Assembly: GCA_963727505.1 (NCBI GenBank)
Contig: CAVSGP010000002.1
Location: 192,001 to 256,000 of the forward strand
DNA: 64,000 nucleotides
Origin: an uncultured Trueperaceae bacterium
GTDB lineage: Bacteria; Deinococcota; Deinococci; Deinococcales; Trueperaceae
Direction: 5' to 3'
Position numbers and translations under genes: made by a program
Shown: positions 9,734-20,357 of the stretch, in pieces
Numbering within the stretch: position 1 is the stretch's first letter
Layout of the letters: each line of letters starts with the position of its first letter
The notes under the pieces: generated by a model
What the model saw: only the letters and a program-made list of their open reading frames with translations
The model's database searches: none
What the model was told of the DNA's origin: nothing

Positions 9734-10039
9734 TCAGCCCTGGATCTTGGTGACCCGGACGTCGGTGTACGGCTGGCGGTGGCCGCGGTGGCGGCGGTAG
9801 TTGTTCTTCGCCTTGAACTTGTAGATATCGATCTTGGGCCCGCGGCCATGGCCGACGACCTCGGCCTTGACCGTGGCGCCGTCGACGTGGGGCGTTCCGA
9901 CCTTGACCTCGTCGCCGCCGAGCAGGAGCACCGGGAGCTCCACCGTCTCGCCCGCCTCGACGGCGAGCTTCTCGACGCGCACGACGTCACCTTCCGCGAC
10001 GCGGTACTGCTTGCCGCCCGTTCTCACGATTGCGAACAT
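9734..10039 (-). CDS. rplU: 50S ribosomal protein L21
   Basis: [14 protein letters not shown]...GHRQPYT; GGAGG RBS. Confidence 0.98.
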   Translation of the reverse strand: MFAIVRTGGKQYRVAEGDVVRVEKLAVEAGETVELPVLLLGGDEVKVGTPHVDGATVKAEVVGHGRGPKIDIYKFKAKNNYRRHRGHRQPYTDVRVTKIQG

Positions 10040-10211
10040 CGTCAACCTCCCGCGGCCCGCACCCTCAGTGGGTCGGCCGCCTCACCTGCACCTGCATCGG
10101 GTGCGCCTTCCACCAGCACGCGCCGGAGCCGCCCCTTGCAGGACCGCCCGGCGCCGATCAGCGCTCGATTCAGCGGAGGCGGCCCCTCGGGCGCCATCCA
10201 CCAGAACCGTC

Positions 10212-10240
10212 ATTATAGGCGAGGCTTCCCGCACACGCAA
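10212..10240 (-). promoter_or_regulatory. Sigma70 promoter of the rplU operon
   Basis: TTGCGT-N17-TATAAT on the minus strand. Confidence 0.75.
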
Positions 10241-10273
10241 GCGGCGGCGCGCCAACGCTACAATCGCCCTGCC

Positions 10274-10795
10274 ATGCCCGAGCCCCACCACCCCGGGAAC
10301 CTCCGCGCCCGCGCTTCGGCCGGCGAGGTCGAGCGCTACCTGGCCGAGCACATCCCGCTGGCGCGGGCGCTCGGCGCCCGGGTGGAACGCTACGACGCTC
10401 GCGAGCTACGGATCTCCGCGCCGCTGACGCCCAACCTCAACCACCGGGACACCGCCTTCGGCGGCAGCCTCTCGGCCCTGGCCATTCTCGCCGGCTGGGC
10501 CAGGGTGGCCTTCGACTTGCGCGCGCGGGGCGTAAGCGCGCACGTGGTCGTCCAACGCAGCACCGTCGACTTCGATGCGCCGGTGGAGAGCGCGTTCGAG
10601 GTCCGCATCGCGGCCTTCGACGAGGCCGTCTGGGCCACATTCCAACGCACGCTGGCGAGGCGCCGCAAGGCGCGCATCGTTGTCCAGGGCACGCTGCTGG
10701 CCAACGGGGAGCCGGTAGCCCGCTTCGACGCGCGCTACGTGGCGCTCTCCGGCGACGCCGGCACGGCCTCCTCCCGACCGCGCTCGAAGAGGTAG
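10274..10795 (+). CDS. YiiD C-terminal-like hotdog thioesterase
   Basis: HIPLARALG...[18 protein letters not shown] motif; TACAAT 9 nt upstream of ATG10274. Confidence 0.85.
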   Translation: MPEPHHPGNLRARASAGEVERYLAEHIPLARALGARVERYDARELRISAPLTPNLNHRDTAFGGSLSALAILAGWARVAFDLRARGVSAHVVVQRSTVDFDAPVESAFEVRIAAFDEAVWATFQRTLARRRKARIVVQGTLLANGEPVARFDARYVALSGDAGTASSRPRSKR

Positions 10796-13700
10796 AACGC
10801 CGCTGGGACCACGAAGAACGTGAGCAGCGCCGAGACCAGGATGCCACCGAGCATCACCAGGGCGATGCCGTGGTTGAACTCCGATCCCGCGCCGCGTCCC
10901 AACAACAGCGGGAAACTGATGACCAGCACCGTCAGCGTCGTCATGACGATGGGGCGGAAGCGAAGCCGCGCCGACTCGACCATCGCCTGCTTGAACGGCA
11001 TCTTGCCGATACGCTCGACCACGAACTCCAGGTAGAGGATGGCGTTCTTCGCCGACAGGCCGATCAGCAGCAACATCCCCATGAGGCTGAAGATGTCGAG
11101 CGACTGGCCCTGCACCACCAGGAACCACACCGCCCCGGCCACCGCCAGCGGCACCGGCAACAGCAGATAGATGGGGTAGCGGAAGGAGTTGAACTGCGCT
11201 CCCATCACCAGGTAGGCGAGCAGCAGTGCCAGTGCGAACACCCGCGGCCCCAGGGTACCGAGCTGCCGGGACAGCCCGGCGCGACCGAAGCTGTCCCCGG
11301 CGCCCAGCGTGACGTGGCTGTCCAGCACTCCGGCCTGGGTGAGCTGCTCGGTGATCTGGCGCTGGAACTCGATCGGGCTCGGCGCATCGGCGCTGGGCGT
11401 GATGGAGAAGCGCGCGCTGTACAGGCGGTTGCTGCGGCTGATGCTGATCGGCGCCTGCCTCTCGACGATGGCGCCGAGCTGACTGATCTGGAGGTTGGTG
11501 TGCAACGACGGCGCGTAGATGGGCAACGACAGCAGCGACTGCGCGTCGTGGAGATAGGTGGGATCGAGCTGGACGACGATGCTGTCGCTCTCGCCACCGG
11601 TCTGCACGGCACCGGCGGTGCTGCCGCCGGTGAAGGCGCGCAACGTCTGCGCGACGCTGTTGGCGGAGATGCCGGTGCCGGAGAGCAAGTCGGGATTGGG
11701 CACGAACACGGACTCCGGCGAGGACTGCTGGTTGCCGGCGTCGACGCTCAGCACGTCCGGGTCCCCCGACAGCACCGCCGACACCCGTTGCAGTCGCTGG
11801 TTGAGCAGGGCGTAGTCGGTCGACAGCAGGTCGAACGACACGGCCGAGCCCTGGCCGCGGAAGCCGCCGCCCGTGCGCACGAACACCCGGGCCCCGGGGA
11901 TGGCGCTCGCCGCGCTCTGCAGCGCACCCTGGTACTCGGCGCCGAGCGCGTAGATGCTGGGCCGCTGGGTGACGGGCGCGAGCTGTGCTTGCACGCTGAC
12001 GTCGTTGCTGCTCACACTCGTCTGAACGGTGCGCACCGCCTTCTGCGCCAGCAGGTAGCGCTCCACATTGCCGGCCACCTGGTTGGCGGCGGCCAGGGTG
12101 GTACCGGAGGGCAACCGGGCGCCGATCTGCATCAGGCCGGAGTCGGTCTGCGGCACGAAGTTGAGCGACACCCTGGGGCCCACCACGAACAGCGTGAGCG
12201 CCAGGAAGGCGCCCGCACCCAGAAGGACCAAGGCGCTGAACGGGAGCATCCGTTCGAGCAACGCGGCATAACCATCGCGCGTCCGGCGCAGCCCCGCCTC
12301 GGTCCAACCGTGCAGGGTGGTCGTGAGCGCCTCCAGCGTCGTGAAGACCGCCCTCACCAGATAGGCAAGGACCATCAGCGCCGGCGGGAAGAGCACCAGC
12401 GCGAGCAGGGACAGCGGGGACGCGAAGCGCCACAGAGCATAGGCGCCGGCCGCCACCGCGAGCAACCCGAGCGGCCGACGCCAGGCACGCCAACCCCAGC
12501 GCACGGCGTCGCCGAAGGCGACCAGGCTGCGGCCGGCGTCGCGCCAGCCACGGGGCGGCGCGTCGCCGATGTAGGCCATGCGGACCGTCAGGAACAGGAG
12601 CGCCTCGAGCCAGGAGAGGAACACCGCGGCCGCCAGTCCCAGCCCGAACTGGCGCAGGTAGGCTCCGGCGAAGCCGCCCATGAAGCTCACCGGGATGAGC
12701 ACCGCCAGGATCGACAGCGACGCCGCCGTGACAGCGCCGAACACCTCGCTGGCGCCGCGTAGCACGGCGGTGCGGCGGTCCAGGCCCATCGCGCGGTAGC
12801 GCTCCACGTTCTCGGCAACCACGATGGAGTCGTCGACCACGATGCCGATCGCCACGATGAGCGCCAGCAGCGACACCTCGTTGAAGGTGAAGCCCATCAA
12901 GCCGTAGAGCACGGGCGCGGCGGAGAGCGCGATGGGGATGGCCAGGATCACCGTGAAGGCGGTGTTGAGCCGCCCCAGGAAGAGCAGCACGATGATCGCC
13001 ACCACGATGGCGGTGATCCACAGCTCGTGGAAGGTGGACTGCACCGAAGCCACGATGGGGCCGGTGGTGTCGTTGCTGACCGTGACGCTGTAGCCCGTGG
13101 GCAGCACGGTGCGCTGGAGGTAGGCACGCACGCCGTTCGCCACGGCCACGGCGTTGCTGCCCGACGCCTGCTGGACCGACAGCAGCACTGCCGGCTTACC
13201 GTTGACACGGGTATAGGAGTTGGCGATGGAAGCCTGCTGCACCCGGCCGAGATCCTGCACGCGGACGTTGCGGCTGTTGTCGACCACCATGGTGGCGATG
13301 TCCTGCACGCCGGTGGGCTGGGTGCGGGTGGAGAAGGTGAGGACGTCGTTCTGGCGCGTGATCGAACCGATCGGCTGGTTGACGATGGATGCCCCGATGG
13401 CCTGGCTGACCTGCTGGGGCGCAAGGTTGTAGTAGCTCAACTTGGCGGGGTCGAGCAGCACCTGGTAGCGGCGGCTCGAGCCGCCCGAGACGTTGACGTT
13501 GGCCACGCCGGGCACGAGTTGCAGGGCGGGAACCAGGATGTTGTTGGCGTAGGCGTAGACGTCGTCCATGTTGGCGCCGTTGCCCTGCAGGCCCAGCTCC
13601 AGGATGGGTTGCGCGTTCGGATCGAAGGTCCGCACGATCGGTGAGTTGGCGTCGCTGGGGAGGCCGCGCAGGGCGGCGACCTGTGCCGCCACGGCGTTGG

Positions 13701-14094
13701 CGATGGCGGCCTGGTTGGTATCGGTGCCGAATTGCAGGATCACGCGGCTCGAGCCGGTGCCGCTGTTCGAGCTGATGCTGGTGATGCCGCCCACGGTCGA
13801 AACCGCGGACTCCACCACCTGCGTGACCTGCTGGTCCACCACCGCCGGCGACGCGCCGGGGTAGCTGGTGCTCACCATCACCACCGGGATGTTGGTGGTG
13901 GGCAGCAGATCCACGCCCAGGCGGCTGGCCTCGATCAATCCGAAGACGACCACGCCCACGAAGATGCCAATGGACAGCACGTAGCGAGCCACCGACAACC
14001 CCACCAGCGGGTTGACGCGCGTGGCGACCACCGCGCTGGCTTCCTCGCCCGCACCCCGCGAGGCGGCGGGTTCCCGATCGTCCTCGCCCATCAC
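10735..14094 (-). CDS. RND efflux permease (HAE1/AcrB-like), operon 1
   Basis: [29 protein letters not shown] and RFRPIVMTT motifs. Confidence 0.95.
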   Translation of the reverse strand: MMGEDDREPAASRGAGEEASAVVATRVNPLVGLSVARYVLSIGIFVGVVVFGLIEASRLGVDLLPTTNIPVVMVSTSYPGASPAVVDQQVTQVVESAVSTVGGITSISSNSGTGSSRVILQFGTDTNQAAIANAVAAQVAALRGLPSDANSPIVRTFDPNAQPILELGLQGNGANMDDVYAYANNILVPALQLVPGVANVNVSGGSSRRYQVLLDPAKLSYYNLAPQQVSQAIGASIVNQPIGSITRQNDVLTFSTRTQPTGVQDIATMVVDNSRNVRVQDLGRVQQASIANSYTRVNGKPAVLLSVQQASGSNAVAVANGVRAYLQRTVLPTGYSVTVSNDTTGPIVASVQSTFHELWITAIVVAIIVLLFLGRLNTAFTVILAIPIALSAAPVLYGLMGFTFNEVSLLALIVAIGIVVDDSIVVAENVERYRAMGLDRRTAVLRGASEVFGAVTAASLSILAVLIPVSFMGGFAGAYLRQFGLGLAAAVFLSWLEALLFLTVRMAYIGDAPPRGWRDAGRSLVAFGDAVRWGWRAWRRPLGLLAVAAGAYALWRFASPLSLLALVLFPPALMVLAYLVRAVFTTLEALTTTLHGWTEAGLRRTRDGYAALLERMLPFSALVLLGAGAFLALTLFVVGPRVSLNFVPQTDSGLMQIGARLPSGTTLAAANQVAGNVERYLLAQKAVRTVQTSVSSNDVSVQAQLAPVTQRPSIYALGAEYQGALQSAASAIPGARVFVRTGGGFRGQGSAVSFDLLSTDYALLNQRLQRVSAVLSGDPDVLSVDAGNQQSSPESVFVPNPDLLSGTGISANSVAQTLRAFTGGSTAGAVQTGGESDSIVVQLDPTYLHDAQSLLSLPIYAPSLHTNLQISQLGAIVERQAPISISRSNRLYSARFSITPSADAPSPIEFQRQITEQLTQAGVLDSHVTLGAGDSFGRAGLSRQLGTLGPRVFALALLLAYLVMGAQFNSFRYPIYLLLPVPLAVAGAVWFLVVQGQSLDIFSLMGMLLLIGLSAKNAILYLEFVVERIGKMPFKQAMVESARLRFRPIVMTTLTVLVISFPLLLGRGAGSEFNHGIALVMLGGILVSALLTFFVVPAAFYLFERGREEAVPASPESAT

Positions 14095-15745
14095 TGGCCT
14101 CCGCCGGCCGGCGGAGGCCCGCTGCCGCCGGTGGGGCCGCCCGCAGGCAAGCTACGACGGCCCGAAGGGGCCGTTCCGCCGGGCGCCGTACCACTCGGTG
14201 CAGGACTGCCGGGCGCAGGACTGCCGGGCGCAGCCGCGCCGGCGGCCGCGCCACCGTTCCCGTTCGGGACGCCCGCTCCCCGTGCGCTCCGTGCCGAGGG
14301 TGCGCTGCGGTCGCTCGGAGCGCCACCGGCCGACCCGCTGCGGGCCGCCGTGCTGACCTCGGAGCCGTCGAGCAGCCCGGGTGGGGGCTGATCGATGACC
14401 GTCGCCCCCGACGGGACTCCGCTGACGGCTGCGTCGCTGCCGGCCTGCGCCAGGATGGTCAGATCGGTCTGCACCGCCTTGCCGCCCTCGATCAGGAACA
14501 CGAAGGTATTGGTGCCGTCGTTCTGGATGGCGCTGATCGGCACGAGCGTGGCCGTGGCCAGGGTGACCCGGTAGGGCACGGTGCCCACGACGCCGATGGC
14601 GAGCGAGCCGGCCGGCGCCCCCCGCCGCGCCGCCCGTCGGCGCGTCCTGTGCAGTGGAGTGCTGTGCAGCGGAGTCCTGTGCAGTGGCGTCGAAACGGGC
14701 GGTCACTGCGACTCCCTGGTTGACAGGGACACCGGGCCGCTGGGTGACGGTGATCGGGTACTGCGCCACGCCGGTATCGAACGACAGGCGCGTGCCTGCG
14801 GTGAACGCGGCCGCGTCGGAGGGCGGCACCGACATCTGCACCTGCCGCTGCCCGCTGACGAGCATCGCCACCGCCGTGGACGGCCCCACGTACTCGCCGG
14901 GGGCCACGTTGAAGGCAGCGACTTGTCCTGCGAAGGGAGCTCGGATGGTGGCGTTCGCGAGGTTCATCTCCGCCTGCTTGACGCCGTTCTGGGACTGCGA
15001 CACCGCCAGCCGCAACTGCTGCAGGCTTCCGGTCTGGGCGCGCTGGTTCTGCGACGCGTTGTTCTCCGCCGAGGCGACGTTCGCCCGGGCCTGGTCGAGC
15101 TGACTCCTGGCGCTGTCCACGCTGGACTTGGAAGTGCCGCCCAGCGCGTAGACCTTCTGCGCCGAGGCGTAATTCGCCTCCGCCGCCGACAGCGCAGACT
15201 TGGCTGCCTCCAGCTGGTGGTCGAGCTGCGCGACCGCCTGCTCGGTGTTCGTCTGCTGTGTGCTCAGATTGATCTCCGCATTGCTGAGCGACGTCTTGGC
15301 GTTGGCGAGCGCCAGCTCCAGGTTATCGGTGGCAAGCTGCATGATCGGCTGCTGGGCGTGGACCTCGTCCCCCGCAGCCACCAACAGCGTCTTCACGGTG
15401 CCGCTGGCCTGCGCCGCGACGTTGCTCTGCATCACCGCGGCCACCGTCCCCGTCGCGGTGCGGTCGGCCACCAGCGGACCGCTCTTCACCGTGACCGCCT
15501 GTACCTCGACGGTAGCGCCGGTGCCGCCGCCCCCTGCGAACCCGCCACCCGGGGAGCCTCCCGCTCCGCCGCGCGAGAACCCGCCGGCGCCGCCGCGTCC
15601 GCCGCCGGGAAACGCGCCGCCGGGTGCAGCACTGCCGGCGCCGCCGGCGGCGCACCGGAGTGCCCGTGCTACCCCGGAGTGCGTAGCCACCGAAGCCCGC
15701 AGCGACCACCAGGATGATCAGGAGCGCCCAGCCGCGGGCTCTCAC
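14091..15745 (-). pseudogene. RND periplasmic adaptor (MFP), operon 1, split by two +1 frameshifts (real or sequencing artefact)
   Basis: The TM anchor (GTG15745, VRARGWALLIIL), the lipoyl/hairpin core (SGTV..V..GDEV, TIRAPFAGQV) and the C-terminal domain (LVPISAI..VFLIEGGKAV) lie in three different frames. The span is 1655 nt. Confidence 0.8.
14644..14688. repeat. 15-bp tandem repeat x3 inside the MFP (TAQDS/AAQHS/TAQDA)
   Basis: GTCCTGTGCAGTGGA / GTGCTGTGCAGCGGA / GTCCTGTGCAGTGGC. Confidence 0.85.
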
Positions 15746-16845
15746 GGAGCGCCTCCCGACCCCGGCGTCGCCGGCCCCACCAGGCCTGTGAGGTCCTGCC
15801 CGGCCGAGACGGAGAGCGTCACGAGCGCGTTGCGGTAGCCGTCGACGGCCTGCAGCAGGCTGTAGGTCGAAGAGGCGACCGCGACCCCATCGGACTGGAC
15901 CTGGAGGGCGGAAACCGTGCCCGCCTCGAGGGCCGCCCGGTCCTGCTGCAAGACCTGACGGACGTTGTCGAGGTTCTGCTGCGCGATGGCGATGCGGGCA
16001 TCGGCGTCGTGCGCCGCCTGGTAGGCGTTCGCCAGGCTGGTGGCGGCGTTCTGCCGGGCGGTGTCCAGACTTCTCTGGGCATTGTCCAGCGACGTCTTGG
16101 CCGTCTGGTAGGTCATGCGGGGGGTGTAGTCGTTGTCGTAGAGCTTGACCTGGAGCGTGTAGAGCTCGACCGACTGCCGCGCCTGGACCACCGATGGCAA
16201 GCGCTGCAGCAGTCCCTTCTCGAGGTCGGCAAGCTTCGCGGTCACTTGCGGCAGGTCGGGCGGAGCGGAGACCGTCACCGATCCCAGGTCGGTCACGCCG
16301 AGCAGCGTAGCGAGCTGCGCGCCGGCCGCGGGCACCTTGGCCTGGGCGTTGGCAAGGGTCTGTTGGGCGCTCTGCAGCGCGGTCCTGGCCTTGGAGACAT
16401 CGAGTGAGGTGGCATTCCCGTCGCCGAACTTCGCCTGCGCCACCTGCAGATCGCGATCCGCCAGGTCGCGCTGGGCCTGCGCCACCGTTACGTTCTGCTG
16501 TGCCTCGTACAGCGACAGGTAGGCGTTGACGACGCTCTGGAGCACCTGGAGCCGGGTTGCTTCCAGCCCGACCCGGCTCTGCGCGGCCGCCTGCTGCGCC
16601 TGCGTCTTCTGCAGTACCAGCGCCGACGGATCGGCCTGCACCGCCTTGAGCTGGAGCCCCGCGTTGGCCAGGTTGGTCTGGGCGCTGGCCAGCGCGGCGC
16701 CCTGCCCGTAGGCGCGTGCCAGCGCCTGGGGAAGATCGAGGGTGGCGGCCTTCGCCGTCGACGAGGGCTGAGGCGGAACGACGCTCTGCTGCGCCGACGC
16801 CGTCGCGACGAGCAGAGCGACGAGGAGGAACGTGCGGATTCTCAT
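15742..16845 (-). CDS. TolC/OMF-like protein lacking beta-strand segments, operon 1
   Basis: Sec signal MRIRTFLLVALLVATASA; two OEP-type helical repeats (V.NAY..L, F..G.ATSLDV, LEAGTVSALQV); short turns where beta-hairpins normally lie. Confidence 0.85.
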   Translation of the reverse strand: MRIRTFLLVALLVATASAQQSVVPPQPSSTAKAATLDLPQALARAYGQGAALASAQTNLANAGLQLKAVQADPSALVLQKTQAQQAAAQSRVGLEATRLQVLQSVVNAYLSLYEAQQNVTVAQAQRDLADRDLQVAQAKFGDGNATSLDVSKARTALQSAQQTLANAQAKVPAAGAQLATLLGVTDLGSVTVSAPPDLPQVTAKLADLEKGLLQRLPSVVQARQSVELYTLQVKLYDNDYTPRMTYQTAKTSLDNAQRSLDTARQNAATSLANAYQAAHDADARIAIAQQNLDNVRQVLQQDRAALEAGTVSALQVQSDGVAVASSTYSLLQAVDGYRNALVTLSVSAGQDLTGLVGPATPGSGGAP

Positions 16846-18338
16846 GGGAGCCCTCCGGGGGTTGCAGTGAGCTCCCCCAGCGCGTTGCGCAGTTGGAGCA
16901 AAGCCAGGTAGTACGCGTTCTGATCCGACTCCACGGAACGTTGCGCCTGGTCGTAAGCGACGCGAGCGTCGCCGACATCCAGTGCGGTGGCGAGGCCCGC
17001 GGCGAGGCGCGCCTGCGCCGTAGCGAGCGCCTGCTGTGAAGCGGCCAGCGACGCCCGGTCGGCGGCCAGCGACCCCTCGATCGCCTGCCACGTCGCGTAG
17101 CGCTGACGGATGTCGAGCGCAGCGGAGCGCCGGGTGGCCGCCAGCGCCGCCTCGGCGCTGGCCAGCGCGGTGCGGGCAGAGCCCACGGCCGCGTCCGACG
17201 AAGGCGCGTCCAACGGGATGCTCACCGAGGCACCGATGCTGAGCTGGGTGGTGACCGCCCCCGACGCTCCCGGAGCGATGGGATAGGAGACGCTGCCGCT
17301 AGCGACGCCCTTCTGGAAGTCGAGCCCGGCGTTCACGCCGAGGCCTACCTGCGTGCCGCTGGCATCGTGGCTCGTCACCCCGAGGGCGAGGCTGGCGCTC
17401 GGGATCCAGCGCTGCGCGGCACTCACAGACAGTGAGCCCTGGGCCTGCCGGACCCGGATCTGCGCCACCTGCACGTCGTCGCGTCGGGGCACGCCCGCCT
17501 GCACGAGATCGGCGAGCGATCCGGCTGGAGCCGTGGGCTGCGGCGCCACCGTGGTCAAGGGAGCATCGGTCAGGGGCATGCCGAGGGTGTCGAAGAGCGT
17601 GCGGCGAGCGAGGTCGAGCGTGCCGGCCGCCTGGGCCAGGGCGGCCTGGGCTCCCGCCAGCGCCGCCTGCGCCTGGGCCAGCCCCTGATCGCTGAGCTGT
17701 CCCTGGGCGTGTTGCGCCTGGGCCGCGCTCAGCTTCGCCTGCGCCTGCCGGGCCGCGGCCTGGGCCGCGTCGTTGGCGGTGGCCGCCAGACGGGCCGCGA
17801 AGTACTGCTGCTCGACGGTGAGGCGCAGTCCCGCCCGGGCGCTGTCGCGGTTGAGGGCGGCCACGGCGAGCCCGGCCTCGGAATTGGCGATCGAGGCGTC
17901 GACCGGCGCCCACGGCAAGACCGTGGCGGAGGCCGAAACGGAGACCTTGGCGGTCGCTCCGGTGCGGCCGCCCGTGCCCGCCAGGGTGTCGGTGCGGTCG
18001 TAACTGCCGCCGGCCGCCACCTGCAATCCGGCGTTGGCCCGGGCGGCGGCCAGCGCGTCCGCCGCGCTCCGGTAGTCGAGGTCGGCCTTCTGCCAGCCGG
18101 GCGCCTGGGGAAGCGCAGCGAGTGCGTCCGCGAGGGTGAATCCGGGCGCCTCCGCAGGGGCTTGGGCGGGTGGCTGGGCTGGCGTTTCGGCCGGCGTCTC
18201 GGCCGGCGTCTGGGCCGGCGTCTCGGCCGGCGTCTGGGTGGACGCCTGTGCGCGCGCCGGCGGGCCGAGCAGGAACGGGACCAGTACGAGCGCCAGGACG
18301 AGGACCGCCCCCGACGCCCGCATGCGGTTGGGGCTCAT
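16842..18338 (-). CDS. TolC/OMF family outer membrane protein, operon 1
   Basis: Signal peptide, TLADAL start of the OEP fold, VEQQYF, RLAAGLATALDV, and amphipathic beta segments. Start is 18338 or 18323. Confidence 0.88.
   Translation of the reverse strand: MSPNRMRASGAVLVLALVLVPFLLGPPARAQASTQTPAETPAQTPAETPAETPAQPPAQAPAEAPGFTLADALAALPQAPGWQKADLDYRSAADALAAARANAGLQVAAGGSYDRTDTLAGTGGRTGATAKVSVSASATVLPWAPVDASIANSEAGLAVAALNRDSARAGLRLTVEQQYFAARLAATANDAAQAAARQAQAKLSAAQAQHAQGQLSDQGLAQAQAALAGAQAALAQAAGTLDLARRTLFDTLGMPLTDAPLTTVAPQPTAPAGSLADLVQAGVPRRDDVQVAQIRVRQAQGSLSVSAAQRWIPSASLALGVTSHDASGTQVGLGVNAGLDFQKGVASGSVSYPIAPGASGAVTTQLSIGASVSIPLDAPSSDAAVGSARTALASAEAALAATRRSAALDIRQRYATWQAIEGSLAADRASLAASQQALATAQARLAAGLATALDVGDARVAYDQAQRSVESDQNAYYLALLQLRNALGELTATPGGLP
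18165..18237. repeat. 12-bp coding tandem repeat (TPAE/TPAQ linker)
   Basis: GGCCGGCGTCT(C/G) units after the signal peptide. Confidence 0.8.
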
Positions 18339-18470
18339 GTCGCCAAGCGTTCGCCAGGGGCGTGCAGGACTGGCGCGGATCATGTGCAGCTCATGTGCAG
18401 ATGTGCCGATGGCCCGCCGGCGCGGCCGAGACTGGGGGCGGGGCCACAACGCGGCGCGGGACCTGGCTGC

Positions 18471-18501
18471 TACAATCGATAGTTGGCTATGATGAACTTT
18501 T
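18471..18501. promoter_or_regulatory. Divergent promoter region with a candidate MarR operator
   Basis: TACAAT at 18471 followed by AT-rich imperfect inverted repeats (ATAG-TTGG-CTAT; AGTT-N10-AACT). Confidence 0.5.
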
Positions 18502-18583
18502 CGGAAACGCCAATTGTTCTCGCGAGTCGCTCGCCACGAGCGCCGTCGAGCGGGCCCGTGTTCCGTCCCGACCGAAAGCGGTC

Positions 18584-19021
18584 ATGAAGGACGCCCGCTC
18601 GGACACGCGCGCCGGTCTGCTATCCGAGCTTCACGAGACCACCTTCCGCATGATGCGGGTGCAGCGCCAGGTCGCCGACCGGGCCTTCTCGCCCCTCGGC
18701 CTGCGGCCGGTGCAGGCCTTCGCGCTCGCGCTGCTCGGGCATGAGGCCAGCTACCCGAAGGAGCTCGCGCACCTGCTCGACGCTCCGCCCTCGGTGGTCT
18801 CGGTCCTGCTGTCCGACCTCGAGGGGCGAGGGCTGGTGAGCCGAACGGTGGACCCGGCCGACCGGCGCCGGGTACGGCTCGAGCTCACCGCCGAAGGGCG
18901 CCGCACGCTCGATGCCGTCCAACACGCCTGGCTCGACGCCAACGCCCCCCGCCTCGCCCGACTCGGCACGGCAGACCTAGAAGCCCTGGTGCGCATCCAG
19001 AAGGCCCTGCTAGAGGAGTGA
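18584..19021 (+). CDS. MarR family transcriptional regulator
   Basis: ELA..L...PSVVS.LL.DLE.RGLV.R..DP.DRRRV.L.LT.EG motif. Confidence 0.92.
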   Translation: MKDARSDTRAGLLSELHETTFRMMRVQRQVADRAFSPLGLRPVQAFALALLGHEASYPKELAHLLDAPPSVVSVLLSDLEGRGLVSRTVDPADRRRVRLELTAEGRRTLDAVQHAWLDANAPRLARLGTADLEALVRIQKALLEE

Positions 19022-19025
19022 CGCC

Positions 19026-20357
19026 ATGAAACGAACGCTCTTGCTCGCCTTCCTCCTCCTCTTGCCGACGGTCACCGCCCAGTCGGGGCAGGACACACCC
19101 ACGCTGAGCACCTTCCTCGCCCCCCTCGCCGACCAGCCGTCGCTACGGGCGGTGGGCGAGCAGGTGGCCTCGGCCGAGGCCCAGCTGCGGGCGGCCTACG
19201 ACCCGGTCTCGCTGCAGGCGTCGGGGGGGTACACCGCCTTCGACACCACCTCGGTCGATATCAACCCCGCCCAGTCCGGCGTGCAGAACCTGCCGGCCAG
19301 TGGCGGACAGATCTCGGCCGCCGTGACCGTACGCCCCTGGCTTTTCGGCGACACCGCCGACCAGGCCGACAAGAGCCGCCTCCAGCTCGACCAGACCCGG
19401 CTCGACTACCGCGACGCCCTGACCGGCCTCCAGATCCAGGCGGTGCAAGCCGCCTACGGCGTGCAACTCGCCCGCGAGTCGCTGGCCTCGGCCCAGGAGG
19501 GCGAGAAGGTCGCCCAGGCTGCGCTCGACGCCACCCGCTTGCGGAACGACAAGGGAGCGGCCAGCGACCGCGACCTTCGCAGCGCCCAGACCGGGCTCGA
19601 GCAGGCCCGCCAGTACGTGGCCAACGCCAAGGGGGGGCTGGCGCTCGCGCAGACCACGCTCGAGAGCCTGGTCGGCCCCACCGCCGCGCCCGACGTGGCG
19701 GCGTTGACGCTCGAGGTCCCCGACGGCACCGCTCTTTCGGTCCAGAAGGCGCGCCTGAGCGCGAGCCTGGCCGGTGTCTCGGTGCGCAACGCCACCCGCT
19801 CGGTCTACCCCGTCGTGCAGGCCGGTTACACCTGGAACGTCGACAGCAAGGACAGCGTCGGCGTGTCGATCGAGTCGCGCACGCTCCAACCCAAGGTCAG
19901 CTACGGCTTCCAGAGTCCGGGGAGCTCCTTCCCCCAGGACCAGATCAACGGCAGCTTCCAGATCGGCGTGTCGATGACCATCTCCCCCGGTGTCATCGAC
20001 GGCCTGCGGGCCACCCATGCACAGCTCCGCGCCGCCCAGGACGGCGTCGATGCTGCGGTGCGCAGCGCCGCGGTACAGAAGGCGTCGCTCGACAACGATC
20101 TCGCTCAGGCCAAGCGCGCGTTGAGCCTTGCGCAGCGCCAACTCGACGATGCGCACGCCACCCTCCAGGAGGACCAGACCCGCGAGAGGCTCGGCCTGGG
20201 AACCCCCCTGACCACGCAACAGGCGGCGCTGGACCTCACCCAGCGCCAACTCGACCTACAGCAGGCCCGCCAGGACACCCTCGCCAAGACCCTGGCGTAC
20301 TACCGCTTCTACGCCCACCCCCTGGTGAGCCAGACCCCGTCGGAGGTCCAGCCGTGA
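19026..20357 (+). CDS. TolC/OMF family outer membrane protein, operon 2
   Basis: Signal peptide, two OEP helical repeats (AVQAAY, KGAASDRDL, LGLGTPL) and amphipathic beta segments. Confidence 0.87.
   Translation: MKRTLLLAFLLLLPTVTAQSGQDTPTLSTFLAPLADQPSLRAVGEQVASAEAQLRAAYDPVSLQASGGYTAFDTTSVDINPAQSGVQNLPASGGQISAAVTVRPWLFGDTADQADKSRLQLDQTRLDYRDALTGLQIQAVQAAYGVQLARESLASAQEGEKVAQAALDATRLRNDKGAASDRDLRSAQTGLEQARQYVANAKGGLALAQTTLESLVGPTAAPDVAALTLEVPDGTALSVQKARLSASLAGVSVRNATRSVYPVVQAGYTWNVDSKDSVGVSIESRTLQPKVSYGFQSPGSSFPQDQINGSFQIGVSMTISPGVIDGLRATHAQLRAAQDGVDAAVRSAAVQKASLDNDLAQAKRALSLAQRQLDDAHATLQEDQTRERLGLGTPLTTQQAALDLTQRQLDLQQARQDTLAKTLAYYRFYAHPLVSQTPSEVQP

Noticed and set aside
10075..10185. SRP (4.5S) RNA
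   Set aside because: The rod-like fold with a GNRA loop is suggestive, but the conserved helix-8 internal loop (CAGG...AGCA) is absent.
10406..13021. 871-aa ORF and similar long ORFs (22594..25404, 35042..37375, 42629..44668, 57733..59568)
   Set aside because: They are alternative-frame or antisense shadows of well-supported genes; stop codons are scarce at this GC content and the translations have no motifs.
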